Positions 50,101-63,900 of a DNA stretch of 64,000 nt are shown one piece after another. Under the pieces are notes generated by a model. That model saw only the letters and a program-made list of their open reading frames with translations, was not told the origin of the DNA and did no database searches. The position numbers and the translations under genes were made by a program. Position 1 is the first letter of the stretch. Each line of letters starts with the position of its first letter. This DNA comes from Macrostomum lignano (Eukaryota): NCBI GenBank assembly GCA_002269645.1, contig NIVC01000717.1, positions 248,001 through 312,000 on the forward strand, read 5' to 3'.

Positions 50101-51099
50101 AATGGGGGTTGGCGCAGGCACGCGGCCGGGGGGGGAGTGCAGTGCCGGGCACACTTGACCGAGAGCCAGAGATTGCTCATCGGTGCATGTGCACCCGGGC
50201 ACAACACTAGCTATTTTTTTCTGAAATCTATCGCATACCTACAGACAACTCATTTTTAGTATTAGTTATCTTCTTTTTCCTCGTGACCGGCACTTGAAAG
50301 TTTGGAATTATAAGAAATATTCGTTAAAAATTTATTGTTTAGCGTACACAGCTTTTATTAGCTCGTAGCTTAACAAAAGATGCAATCCAGGAAAGTCGCG
50401 GTGTCTCATACAGCGTAGCTTAAATGGGCCCTGCAGGACGTCCTAAGGAGACTGGGGCAGCAGCTCTCGGCCTGGATCACGTCCAGTCCAGCTGAATGTT
50501 TGTCTGACAGCAATTCCTGGAGGTGTCAGCACTAGTAGCACAATGTACGTGCTGCGGTCGGCTGCCGACGTTTAAAAGAGGCTCCATCAGGCTCCAAGGT
50601 CCTCTGAATAGAGACCTGGCTCAACCAGGATAGAACCGCTTGCTTCTAATTTTCATCATAAAGTTTCCTTTTTAAATATATCAATTTTCCAACAATATCC
50701 TGCCAATCTGATGGTCATTTTTCCCAGAAAAACTTTTTAGGAGTTTCATAACCTTTGTTTACCTACCCCAAATAGCACCTTTTTAATATAGTCTTACAAT
50801 AGGCTACGTACTCGTAAATAAACAAAACAGTACTATATATGGCCAGGTAAAAACTCCAGCGAGAAAAATCTGTTTTTTAATTGACAAACCTATGGATTTA
50901 ACTCGATTTGGATTAAAGCATAAAAAATCAGATTATTCTTAAAGACAACATTCCAGTTCAAGCTACGTGTAGAAAGACTTTCTAGCGCAAAACTTACTTT
51001 TTAACGTTCCTTGGAGACTAGTTTCAGTAGTAATTGTTGCCCATGGGATTCAAATACGCTATGGGAGCGGTTCAAGTATGCATGAATTAAACACCTAAC

Positions 51100-51380
51100 A
51101 GATATTGCGTGGCGGTCTGGTGTGCCAGCGGCCCAGGCTCGATTCCACATGCAGTCGCATTAATTTGGGGCTAAACTGGAATCCCAGCTTGTGTAATTAA
51201 CCGCCTTGAGAGCAAACCCCAATGCACAGTAAAGTGTACATGCCTAACGATCCTGTGAGTGTGTGCCTGTGCTTATGGCTGCGTACGTATCCGCGCGCTT
51301 GTATGCCTGCTCAGGGAAGTCGGCGGAATGGGCAGTAATGCCTCTTGCCGGTTGTGTGACAATGTCGCTTAAAGTGCACC
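51100..51380 (+). mobile_element. Putative tRNA-derived SINE, diverged copy 2
   Basis: It shares ordered blocks with 245-585 (gctcgattccacat, atttggggct, atgcctaacgat, ctgtgagtgtgtg, tgacaatgtcgct). Confidence 0.45.
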
Positions 51381-51860
51381 AGGGTCACACAGTCCCTGCC
51401 TCTTAAAAATATCTTATTTGGATGACGATATCACTTACGTCATCGGATTTTTCGTGTGATCGTGAAGAAGAAGAATAAAACATTACGAAAGCAAAGAGCC
51501 AAGGCGTGTTGTAAAAGTTTGCGTCCGTGGTCGGGGCAGCCAGGAAGTTCGAAGAGGAACAGTGACGCAAAATAGAAATAATTAGGTCACCCGAACTAAT
51601 AAGAAATAAATACCTCGACTCGACACAGCTGACATGCATTGGGCAGTCCTCAAGTGAAAAATCTTCAGTTAGAAATTATTTCCCGCTCGAGTGAATAGGA
51701 AAAATACATGTAGCTGGGAGGTTGCGGGCGTCCAGTGAGCCTCGGCTGGACCTGGATTAGTGTAACAAAACAGATGCGTTCTACAATTAAAAAGAACTCG
51801 ACAAGCGCTATATCGCAAGTTTAATGGTAAAATAAAACCTCTAATGCATACACTCAGCAA

Positions 51861-54800
51861 CTCTAGCCTCTATAGCCTCTAGCCTCAAGCCTCTAGCCTC
51901 TAGCCTCTAGCCTCTAGCCTCTAGCCTCTAGCCTCTATAGCCTCTAGCCTCTAGCCTCTAGCCTCTAGCCTCTAAGCCTGTAGCCTCTAGCCTCTAGCCT
52001 CTAGCCTCTAGCCTCTAGCCTCTAGCCTCGAGCCTCTATAGCCTCTAGCCTCGAGCCTCTATAGCCTCTAGCCTCTAGCCTCTAGCCTCGAGCCTCTATA
52101 TCCTCTAGCCTCTAGCCTCTAGCCTCTAGCCTATATAGCCTCTAGCCTCTAGCCTCTAGCCTATATAGCCTCTAGTCTATAGCCTCTAGCCTCTAGTCTC
52201 TAGCCTCTAGCCTCTAGCCTCTAGCCTCTAGCCTCTAGCCTCTAGCCTCTAGCCTCTAGCCTCTAGCCTCTAGCCTCTATAGCCTCTAGCCTCTAGCCTC
52301 TAGCCTCTAGCCTCTAGCCTCTAGCCTCTAGCCTCTAGCCTCTAGCCTCTAGCCTCTAGCCTCTAGCCTCTAGCCTCTATAGCCTCTAGCCTCTAGCCTC
52401 TATAGCCTCTAGCCTCTAGCCTCTAGCCTCTAGCCTCTATAGCCTCTAGCCTCTAGCCTCGAGCCTCTAGCCTCTAGCCTCTAGCCTCTAGCCTCTATAG
52501 CCTCTAGCCTCTAGCCTCTAGCCTCTAGCCTCTAAGCCTGTAGCCTCTAGCCTCTAGCCTCTAGCCTCTAGCCTCTAGTCTCTAGCCTCTAGCCTCTAGC
52601 CTCTAGCCTCTAGCCTCTAGCCTCTAGCCTCCAGCCTCTAGCCTCTAGCCTCTAGCCTCTAGCCTCTAGCCTCTAGCCTCTAGCCTCTAGCCTCTAGCCT
52701 CTAGCCTCTAGCCTCTAGCCTCTATAGCTCGTAGCCTCTAGTCTCTAGCCTCTATATCCTCTAGCTCCTAGCCTCCAGCCTCTAGTTTATAGCCTCTATA
52801 GCCTTCAGCCTCTAGCCTCTAGCCTCTAGCCTCTAGCCTCTAGCCTCTAGCCTCTAGCCTCTAGCCTCTAGCCTCTATAGCTCGTAGCCTCTAGTCTCTA
52901 GCCTCTATATCCTCTAGCTCCTAGCCTCCAGCCTCTAGCCTCTATAGCTCGTAGCCTCTATAGCTCGTAGCCTCTAATCTCTAGCCTCTATATCCTCTAG
53001 CCTCTTGTCTCTAGCCTCTATAGCCTCTAGCCTCTAGCCTCTAGCCTCTAGCCACATAGCCTCTAGCCACATAGCCTCTAGCCTCTAGCCTCTAGCCTAT
53101 AGCCTCTATAGCCTCTAGCCTCTAGCCTCTAGCCTCTAGCCTCTATAGCTTGTAGCCTCTAGTCTCTAGCCTCTATATCCTCTAGCCTCTAGCCTCTAGC
53201 CTCTATAGCCTCTAGCCTCTATAGCCTCTAGCCTCTATAGCCTCTAGCCTCTATAGCCTCTAGCCTCTATAGCCTCTAGCCTCAAGACTCTAGCCTCTAG
53301 CCTCTAGCCTCTAGCCTCTAACCTCTAGCCTCTAGCCTCTAGCCTCTAGCCTCTAGCCTCTAGCCTCTAGCCTCTAGCCTCTAGCCTCTAGCCTCTATAG
53401 CTCGTAGCCTCTAGTCTCTAGCCTCTATATCCTCTAGCCTCTATAGCCTCTAGCCTCTATAGCCTCTAGCCTCTATAGCCTCTAGCCTCTATAGCCTCTA
53501 GCCTCAAGACTCTAGCCTCTAGCCTCTAGCCTCTAGCCTCTAACCTCTAGCCTCTAGCCTCTAGCCTCTAGCCTCTAGCCTCTAGCCTCTAGCCTCTAGC
53601 CTCTAGCCTCTAGCCTCTAGCCTCTAGCCTCTAGCCTCTAGCCTCTAGCCTCTATAGCTCGTAGCCTCTAGTCTCTAGCCTCTATATCCTCTAGCTCCTA
53701 GCCTCCAGCCTCTAGCCTCTATAGCTCGTAGCCTCTATAGCTCGTAGCCTCTAATCTCTAGCCTCTATATCCTCTAGCCTCTTGTCTCTAGCCTCTATAG
53801 CCTCTAGCCTCTAGCCTCTAGCCTCTAGCCTCTAGCCTCTAGCCTATAGCCTCTATAGCCTCTAGCCTCTAGCCTCTAGCCTCTAGCCTCTATAGCTCGT
53901 AGCCTCTAGTCTCTAGCCTCTATATCCTCTAGCCTCTAGCCTCTAGCCTCTAGCCTCTAGCCTCTAGCCTCTAAGCCTCTAGCCTCTAGCCTCTAGCCTC
54001 TAGCCTCTAGCCTCTAGCCTCTAGCCTCTAGCCTCTAGCCTCTAGCCTCTAGCCTCTAGCCTCTAGCCTCTAGCCTCTAGCCTCTAGCCTCTAGCCTCTA
54101 GCCTCGAGCCTCTAGCCTATATAGCCTCTAGCCTATATAGCCTCTAGCCTCTAGCCTCTAGCCTTCAGCCTCTAGACTCTAGCCTCTAGCCTCTAGCCTC
54201 TAGCCTCTAGCCTCTAGCCTCTAGCCTCTAGCCTCTAGCCTCTAGCCTCTAGCCTCTAGCCTCTAGCCTCTAGCCTCTAGCCTCTAGCCTCTAGCCTCTA
54301 GCCTCTAGCCTCTATAGCTCGTAGCCTCTAGTCTCTAGCCTCTATATCCTCTAGCTCCTAGCCTCCAGCCTCTAGTTTATAGCCTCTATAGCCTTCAGCC
54401 TCTAGCCTCTAGCCTCTAGCCTCTAGCCTCTAGCCTCTAGCCTCTAGCCTCTAGCCTCTAGCCTCTATAGCTCGTAGCCTCTAGTCTCTAGCCTCTATAT
54501 CCTCTAGCTCCTAGCCTCCAGCCTCTAGCCTCTATAGCTCGTAGCCTCTATAGCTCGTAGCCTCTAATCTCTAGCCTCTATATCCTCTAGCCTCTTGTCT
54601 CTAGCCTCTATAGCCTCTAGCCTCTAGCCTCTAGCCTCTAGCCACATAGCCTCTAGCCACATAGCCTCTAGCCTCTAGCCTCTAGCCTATAGCCTCTATA
54701 GCCTCTAGCCTCTAGCCTCTAGCCTCTAGCCTCTATAGCTTGTAGCCTCTAGTCTCTAGCCTCTATATCCTCTAGCCTCTAGCCTCTAGCCTCTATAGCC

Positions 54801-57699
54801 TCTAGCCTCTATAGCCTCTAGCCTCTATAGCCTCTAGCCTCTATAGCCTCTAGCCTCTATAGCCTCTAGCCTCAAGACTCTAGCCTCTAGCCTCTAGCCT
54901 CTAGCCTCTAACCTCTAGCCTCTAGCCTCTAGCCTCTAGCCTCTAGCCTCTAGCCTCTAGCCTCTAGCCTCTAGCCTCTAGCCTCTAGCCTCTATAGCTC
55001 GTAGCCTCTAGTCTCTAGCCTCTATATCCTCTAGCCTCTATAGCCTCTAGCCTCTATAGCCTCTAGCCTCTATAGCCTCTAGCCTCTATAGCCTCTAGCC
55101 TCTAGCCTCTAGCCTCTATAGCCTCTAGCCTCTATAGCCTCTAGCCTCTATAGCCTCTAGCCTCTATAGCCTCTAGCCTCTATAGCCTCTAGCCTCAAGA
55201 CTCTAGCCTCTAGCCTCTAGCCTCTAGCCTCTAACCTCTAGCCTCTAGCCTCTAGCCTCTAGCCTCTAGCCTCTAGCCTCTAGCCTCTAGCCTCTAGCCT
55301 CTAGCCTCTAGCCTCTATAGCTCGTAGCCTCTAGTCTCTAGCCTCTATATCCTCTAGCCTCTATAGCCTCTAGCCTCTATAGCCTCTAGCCTCTATAGCC
55401 TCTAGCCTCTATAGCCTCTAGCCTCAAGACTCTAGCCTCTAGCCTCTAGCCTCTAGCCTCTAACCTCTAGCCTCTAGCCTCTAGCCTCTAGCCTCTAGCC
55501 TCTAGCCTCTAGCCTCTAGCCTCTAGCCTCTAGCCTCTATAGCTCGTAGCCTCTAGTCTCTAGCCTCTATATCCTCTAGCTCCTAGCCTCCAGCCTCTAG
55601 CCTCTATAGCTCGTAGCCTCTATAGCTCGTAGCCTCTAATCTCTAGCCTCTATATCCTCTAGCCTCTTGTCTCTAGCCTCTATAGCCTCTAGCCTCTAGC
55701 CTCTAGCCTCTAGCCTCTAGCCTCTAGCCTATAGCCTCTATAGCCTCTAGCCTCTAGCCTCTAGCCTCTAGCCTCTATAGCTCGTAGCCTCTAGTCTCTA
55801 GCCTCTATATCCTCTAGCCTCTAGCCTCTAGCCTCTAGCCTCTAGCCTCTAGCCTCTAAGCCTCTAGCCTCTAGCCTCTAGCCTCTAGCCTCTAGCCTCT
55901 AGCCTCTAGCCTCTAGCCTCTAGCCTCTAGCCTCTAGCCTCTAGCCTCTAGCCTCTAGCCTCTAGCCTCTAGCCTCGAGCCTCTAGCCTATATAGCCTCT
56001 AGCCTATATAGCCTCTAGCCTCTAGCCTCTAGCCTTCAGCCTCTAGACTCTAGCCTCTAGCCTCTAGCCTCTAGCCTCTAGCCTCTAGCCTCTAGCCTCT
56101 AGCCTCTAGCCTCTAGCCTCTAGCCTCTAGCCTCTAGCCTCTAGCCTCTAGCCTCTAGCCTCTAGCCTCTAGCCTCTAGCCTCTAGCCTCTAGCCTCTAT
56201 AGCTCGTAGCCTCTAGTCTCTAGCCTCTATATCCTCTAGCTCCTAGCCTCCAGCCTCTAGTTTATAGCCTCTATAGCCTTCAGCCTCTAGCCTCTAGCCT
56301 CTAGCCTCTAGCCTCTAGCCTCTAGCCTCTAGCCTCTAGCCTCTAGCCTCTATAGCTCGTAGCCTCTAGTCTCTAGCCTCTATATCCTCTAGCTCCTAGC
56401 CTCCAGCCTCTAGCCTCTATAGCTCGTAGCCTCTATAGCTCGTAGCCTCTAATCTCTAGCCTCTATATCCTCTAGCCTCTTGTCTCTAGCCTCTATAGCC
56501 TCTAGCCTCTAGCCTCTAGCCTCTAGCCACATAGCCTCTAGCCACATAGCCTCTAGCCTCTAGCCTCTAGCCTATAGCCTCTATAGCCTCTAGCCTCTAG
56601 CCTCTAGCCTCTAGCCTCTATAGCTTGTAGCCTCTAGTCTCTAGCCTCTATATCCTCTAGCCTCTAGCCTCTAGCCTCTATAGCCTCTAGCCTCTATAGC
56701 CTCTAGCCTCTATAGCCTCTAGCCTCTATAGCCTCTAGCCTCTATAGCCTCTAGCCTCAAGACTCTAGCCTCTAGCCTCTAGCCTCTAGCCTCTAACCTC
56801 TAGCCTCTAGCCTCTAGCCTCTAGCCTCTAGCCTCTAGCCTCTAGCCTCTAGCCTCTAGCCTCTAGCCTCTAGCCTCTATAGCTCGTAGCCTCTAGTCTC
56901 TAGCCTCTATATCCTCTAGCCTCTATAGCCTCTAGCCTCTATAGCCTCTAGCCTCTATAGCCTCTAGCCTCTATAGCCTCTAGCCTCAAGACTCTAGCCT
57001 CTAGCCTCTAGCCTCTAGCCTCTAACCTCTAGCCTCTTGCCTCTAGCCTCTAGCCTCTAGCCTCTAGCCTCTAGCCTCTAGCCTCTAGCCTCTAGCCTCT
57101 ATAGCTCGTAGCCTCTAGTCTCTAGCCTCTATATCCTCTAGCTCCTAGCCTCCAGCCTCTAGCCTCTATAGCTCGTAGCCTCTATAGCTCGTAGCCTCTA
57201 ATCTCTAGCCTCTATATCCTCTAGCCTCTTGTCTCTAGCCTCTATAGCCTCTAGCCTCTAGCCTCTAGCCTCTAGCCTCTAGCCTCTAGCCTATAGCCTC
57301 TATAGCCTCTAGCCTCTAGCCTCTAGCCTCTAGCCTCTATAGCTCGTAGCCTCTAGTCTCTAGCCTCTATATCCTCTAGCCTCTAGCCTCTAGCCTCTAG
57401 CCTCTAGCCTCTAGCCTCTAAGCCTCTAGCCTCTAGCCTCTAGCCTCTAGCCTCTAGCCTCTAGCCTCTAGCCTCTAGCCTCTAGCCTCTAGCCTCTAGC
57501 CTCTAGCCTCTAGCCTCTAGCCTCTAGCCTCTAGCCTCGAGCCTCTAGCCTATATAGCCTCTAGCCTATATAGCCTCTAGCCTCTAGCCTCTAGCCTTCA
57601 GCCTCTAGACTCTAGCCTCTAGCCTCTAGCCTCTAGCCTCTAGCCTCTAGCCTCTAGCCTCTAGCCTCTAGCCTCTAGCCTCTAGTCTCTAGCCTCTAG
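51861..57699. repeat. (GCCTCTA)n heptamer satellite, ~5.8 kb, with higher-order repeats
   Basis: The marker gccacatag occurs at 53051, 54641 and 56526. The marker gccttcagcctctagactc occurs at 54161, 56032 and 57594. Confidence 0.97.
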
Positions 57700-58709
57700 T
57701 CTTGTGAAAGCAACCCATTATTATGCATTCGGATAGTCCATCATATGCAACAGTCGAGCCATAACATATAATGTAAGTGGAGATCATACTATGGAAAGCA
57801 TGCAGTCTACTGATTTTACTTATTAAAACATTAATTGTTTCTTAATAGTCTGTTTGAATTACTTCCAGTATAGTTTTCTGAAATTAGTAACTACCTAGAG
57901 CTCCCTATTATTCTGGCCTATATACAAAAGTTGGAACAGACATCGGACGGGCTATGCTTTCCTACTCAAAAAGCTTCATTTTTCCTGACTAAAGTCTTGA
58001 TTGGGTCTTGGTTTTGGTTGTCACTAGGCTATAGGTTAGATAAGGCATGATCAACAGCATTTAACGATTAACGACGCAAGACGGATTGAAAATTAACTTT
58101 GCAGCCCTCGTCTAGCTGCCTCGGAAATTGAATTGAGGTAAACGCAATCTAATTATATAGATGATTCTCGAATGAATTATACGATCTTTTTCTGCCGAAG
58201 CCACCCGAGACAGAACTACGATAACTAGCTATACATGCAGTTCGCCTCGGGATTTCGAGGTGCAATTACGTCCCTATTCAACTCTTTGAAGCAGCTAAAA
58301 AGAACTTGCTCGGTTGGTCATGCCCAGCAATTTGTAACACCCCATTTGTCAGGTGCGTTAGGGTAGGTCAGAGGACGTCTAAATGTTGCACAGGTGGATT
58401 AAGCCTACGGAATTAGAGTAAACAAATTTACTTGATCGTCAAAAATCAGCTCATAAAGCGCTGGGTCAAGTCAAATCGATAACGAAGCAAGGAGAGGAGA
58501 AATTTACATGTTCGATCAGTCGTAATGGCGGGTGAATATTAATTTTTAATAGCATTCCATTACTGCGAAGAAAATGTAACTTGCTTTTTGGATTATCTGT
58601 TCCCTGGGGGTGAAATAGGACTGGTTACAAATGCAGTCAGGACATAATCTATCTACGTTTTATACTTTTACATTTCCGGGGTAAGTTGGTTAGTGAGCAA
58701 GAGCATAAA

Positions 58710-59121
<412 letters not shown>

Positions 59122-60792
59122 GCCTTTTGTAAATGTCTTTGTTGTGAAAGCGTTTGCGAACAGATAGCGCTTCTGCTGTGAGACGTTTCTTGTCTATGAA
59201 GTTATATTAGCAGGCATATACTCGTAGTATAACTTGTTTGGACTCACATTTACAAGCAATTACAGTGAAAGCAAACAAAATTAAGCATGCAGTTTAAGGA
59301 AAAAAATTTCATTTCTCGGGAGAAGCAATATCAAGCGGGGCTTATCAGGAGCAAAAGTCGACATGAGGATAAAAGGCTTCAAAATTTTTCAATATCCATA
59401 GTTTTCCTGATGTTTTAAAAAACCCCATGTCTGTGTATATCAATTCCAACTTTCACTAAACGTTGAGTTATAAAAAATGATCAATCTGATGAAGAAGCCT
59501 CCTGATATCTATTGGCAGCTTTAGCCGTTGGCTTCTTACGACAACGGAGTTTCCTCTGATCAACATTTTATCATGCAGTTCCAGTAAAGTGCTTGTTTTT
59601 TGTACTTTACTAGAAATTGTAGTATAGTTGCGCTTATGCCTCTGTCTTAGCTTTAATTTTTACCCTTCAGCCGCCATCACAGAAAGACAGAGAGCTCCTC
59701 ATCAAGATCGAACTGCGGATAAATACTGATTGAAGCTTGAGAAGATCGAATCAAAAATTTTAACCAGTTTTAATTAACTTTATCGCCACTTCAAAGAACG
59801 AAGTCATGCGTTACTCCTATGATTCAAATTTGAACGTCACAAAACAAGGAGATATCATTAAAAAATTCACCAAAGCAAAGAAATTAGCGAAAGAAGTGGA
59901 GAGGCGGTGACTTAAAACTGAACTTGGCTATCAAAGAAAATCTGCTCAAAGTTTCTGCGCTTGGCGTCCAATTACCCTTGCCAGAGACAACAATCGACAT
60001 GGAGTATCGTTGGGTAGGTCGGTGGACGTCTGAATGTCGAAGCTGTGTGTGTAGCAGGCTGTGTAATAATTACATGAATATCAATCAATTAATTGATATT
60101 TAAGCTATCAGATGAAGAAAATTGTTTTTACGATAGACATTTTGGATAGATAACATCGCTGCTAAAATAGCACTTGTACTTTTAAGCACAGATTTTCAGC
60201 GACAGTGACTGACTGCTTGTTGGCCTTGTCAACAATCGAACTGATTGCTGATGCAATTATTATAATATAATTCAGAAAATACGGCGCAGAATCTGGGAGG
60301 GGGGCTTTCTACAACTTATTCATAAAAAACAAAATATAGAAGCTTTAAGTTTTAGCTATCTGCTACCAGTATTCCTTATTCGTAGCAGGTTGTAATCTTT
60401 AAATTGCAATGCACTGATAAAACCAAATTCATTGAAACTAGGACAAAAAAGATAGCATATTGTTATCTGTCACGTCGTTCATGAATTATCCGTTCACGTT
60501 TTAAAAGAATATTGCGGTGCAATTGTCTTAAACGGTTTGAACAAAAAATCACGCTAGAGGAACAAGGGACTTTATTTTTTTGATAAGAGCTTTGCTTACC
60601 TCTAAGTAGTACTTTTTACATCCGCTCTGCTACAAAGAATTGGGGGTTGTTTTAGGCTCAGACTAAAGCGCGATCAATGAGATCGAGTCCAAGGTTTGCA
60701 ACTTCAACCTGCCTTTTTAACGCGTAAAAACTTTTACGAGCTGTAGACACTTTGTTGTTGATGTAGCTTAAACAAGCGTACAGGTAAATCAG

Positions 60793-62022
60793 TCAGACAA
60801 GCTGGTATTTTTTCGCTCTATTTAAACTAGAAATTCTTGATAATTCAGCCATTTCATAGTTCCGCGAATTTCGAGCTCGATTTTGATGCTGCTGTTCCTG
60901 ATGCCCTCGCCTGTTCCTTTCTGAACGGCTCAGCCGGTGCCGACTGGCGCCATTCTGAGTCGGCGGATTCCGTAGCAGCACCTGCCGAAACGTGCTGTTC
61001 GTTTTCATGTAAATGAAGAAGTTGCACGTGGAGTCCAGGTTCAAGCACAGGTTGGTCACCTCCATTGCGTAGGCCATAAAGATGTCCCAAAATTCGCTCT
61101 CGTCGGGCAGCCGGATGCCGACCATGACGGTGAGGAACATCGGCATCTCCAGGCTAACGAAAGCAACCAGCAACAGTTGAACCATTCGAGTGGCTCTACT
61201 CCTGCGCGCTTGACCGTTGCTGCAGTGTCATCGATGCAGCTGTCTGCTCTGAGTTCGCTGATCCACAGACTGGCTCGTCGACTCGTTGATTAACTGGTTA
61301 CCAACGTTGGTTTCACGTCGCAAAACAATTGTCATAGCAACGGAAACCAGACCGACAATTATCACTGGCAGCACTGCTTGAAAGAACATCGAAGCGAGAT
61401 AGAACCCAGCATAGTTGCTGAAGGGTTCCACCGGTTGCACGCCAACAATGCGTCCAGTACTCGAGCAGAAGTCGTAGTTCTCTTGAAACGCCTTCGGCAC
61501 TCCGAAAGCGCAGCTCAACAGTAGGATGCCAATGAAGCTGATCAGAACTGTTCGGTGGCTGAACACTCGTCGAACTCCGTGACGCGAGAACGGTCGCAGG
61601 ACAACTTCGCACCGAGTGACGGCAATGAGAACGATGCACCAGTTCCGAGCCATCAGGAAGGTGTTGGCTATAACCCAGGACACGCTTAGGTAGTCGATGG
61701 TTGCCTTAGCAACCGCGGCAGACGGATAGCTCACCCGGTCACGAAGAATATCAGTGAGCAGACGGATCGTCTGGACGCTGGTCATGCCCAGACTGGCCAG
61801 GGACTCCGTGGCCGACAGGAATAGCAGCAGAATGCGGACTATGCTCTCCTTCTGGCGATGCCAGAGAAACACCAGAAAGCTGATCGTGTTTAGGACCAGA
61901 TTGATTGACCCCAGCGAGATGAAGATTACCTTGAAGATGCCTTTGTAGACAGTTCGCGGATCGTTGATGGTGACATTCGCCAAGGTGCAGTTTTCATCGG
62001 TGAGAGGAACAAAGGAGAACAT
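60793..62022 (-). pseudogene. Peptide-type GPCR paralogue B; intact 409-codon frame except an in-frame TGA at codon 265 (61228-61230) in ICL3
   Basis: ORFs 61228..62022 (TM1-5) and 60793..61185 (TM6-7) are in the same frame. The sequence is colinear with paralogue A, which has TGT (Cys) at this codon (46323-46325). The same TACTTACAG acceptor-like site lies upstream of the ATG. Confidence 0.8.
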
Positions 62023-62809
62023 TTTTCTAGCTGTAAGTAATTGCGTCTTTTTTGTAAGTTATTGCCAATAGATTATCATGTCGAATTCTCTAGATTTAGG
62101 AAGAATTTGTATAGTATCCCCAAAACGCGGGGCTAGCTTTTATGCTTGCTGGTACAGGCAAATCCGACTTGAAATGCAGAAGTCGGGCCTGCTGGTGCAG
62201 CCAATAGTAGGCAGAGTTACGAGCGTACCGTTCCCATCAAGCGCTGGGGACGGCTTGTGTCGCATGCAAAGTCAGATTATAAGTATGAACTCTCTAGCCG
62301 TTTGCTTGCGTCCTAGGATGAAATAATCGCATCTTGAGCGTAAATTATAGGAGAAAAATATGATTTATAGTTCTTATGCAAGGCTTAGAACAACCTTAGC
62401 TTAATAAATCTTGTGATATCGTCGAGATTCCGAGAGAAATTTCAAGTTATTTTTGGTCTGTTAGTGACGCCTTAAAGTTTAATGTTCTATGGAGACTTAA
62501 AAGTACCACAAATTCGATAAAGCTACTGGGTTATCTTGCATCTGTTAATGTTGATCGTGACGCTAGAGGATGAGAAAAAAATTATCGGCAATTGCTCATT
62601 GTCCCATGCTGTACCCTCATTGCGTACCTTTCTGTACGCTCATCATTTAACGATTCGAAATCATTGCGTATGGCTACTAAAATGAGACATGAGACAATAT
62701 GCCTGTGTGTATGGTTTTGGAGGCAGACATTGGTAGATTTTCAGGAGTGGCGAAGCCAAAAGTGATAAAAATTAATCAGTGTTTATGACCATTGCCTGCC
62801 TCTAAAAGC

Positions 62810-63125
62810 ATAGACACAATCTACCATTGACTACTAAACAATCAAAACAATCTACCATTGTCTGACTCCAAATCCATAGACACAATCTGCCATAGTCTGA
62901 CTCCAAATCCATACACGCAATCTGCCATAGTCTGACTCCAAATCCATAGACACAATCTACCAGTCTGACTCTAAATCCATAGACACAATCTGCCATAGTC
63001 TGACTCCAAATCCATACACGCAATCTGCCATAGTCTGACTCCAAATCCATAGACACAATCTACCAGTCTAACTCTAAATCCATAGACACAATCTACCATT
63101 GTCTGACTCCCAAGCCATAGACACA
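62810..63125. repeat. 35/33-bp tandem repeat, ~9 copies
   Basis: The unit is cacaatctgccatagtctgactccaaatccataga. Confidence 0.9.
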
Positions 63126-63154
63126 ATTTTACGCTGCTCTGAGTTCTGATCTTC

Positions 63155-63900
63155 CGGCAGGTATTGATCCTGAATTAGAGATCCCATCATCCTGCAGGTA
63201 TCGATCCCTAATTAGAGATCTCATCATCCTGCAGGTATCGATCCCTAATTAGAGATCTCATCATCCTGCAGGTATTGATCCCTGATTAGAGATCCCATCA
63301 TCCTGCAGGTATTGATCCCTAATTAGAGATCCCATCATCCTGCAGTTATTGATCCCTAATTAGAGATCCCATCATCCTGCAGGTATTGATCCCTAATTAG
63401 AGATCCAATCATCCTGCAGGTATCATCCCTAATTGGAGATCCCATCATCAAGCAGGTATTGATCCCTGATTAGAGATCCCATCATCCTGCAGGTATTGAT
63501 CCCTGATTAGAGATCCCATCATCCTGCAGGTATTGATCCCTAATTAGAGATCCCATCATCCTGCAGGTATTGATCCCTAATTAGAGATCCAATCATCCTG
63601 CAGGTATCATCCCTAATTAGAGATCCCATCATCATGCAGGTATTGATCCCTGATTAGAGATCCCATCATCCTGCAGGTATTGATCCCTGATTAGAGATCC
63701 CATCATCCTGCAGGTATTGATTCCTGATTAGAGATCTCATCATCATGCAGGTATTGATCCCTGATTAGAGATCCCATCATCCTGCAGGTATTGATCCCTG
63801 ATTAGAGATCCCATCATCCTGCAGGTATTGATCCCTGATTAGAGATCCCATCATCATGCAGGTATTGATCCCTGATTAGAGATCCAATCATCCTGATCCT
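63155..63900. repeat. 37-bp tandem repeat, ~20 copies
   Basis: The unit is gcaggtattgatccct(a/g)attagagatcccatcatcct. Confidence 0.93.

Noticed and set aside
50185-50212. Helitron 3' end (short hairpin then CTAG)
   Set aside because: The stem is only ~5 bp, CTAG is not followed by T, and no 5' TC end or second copy was identified.
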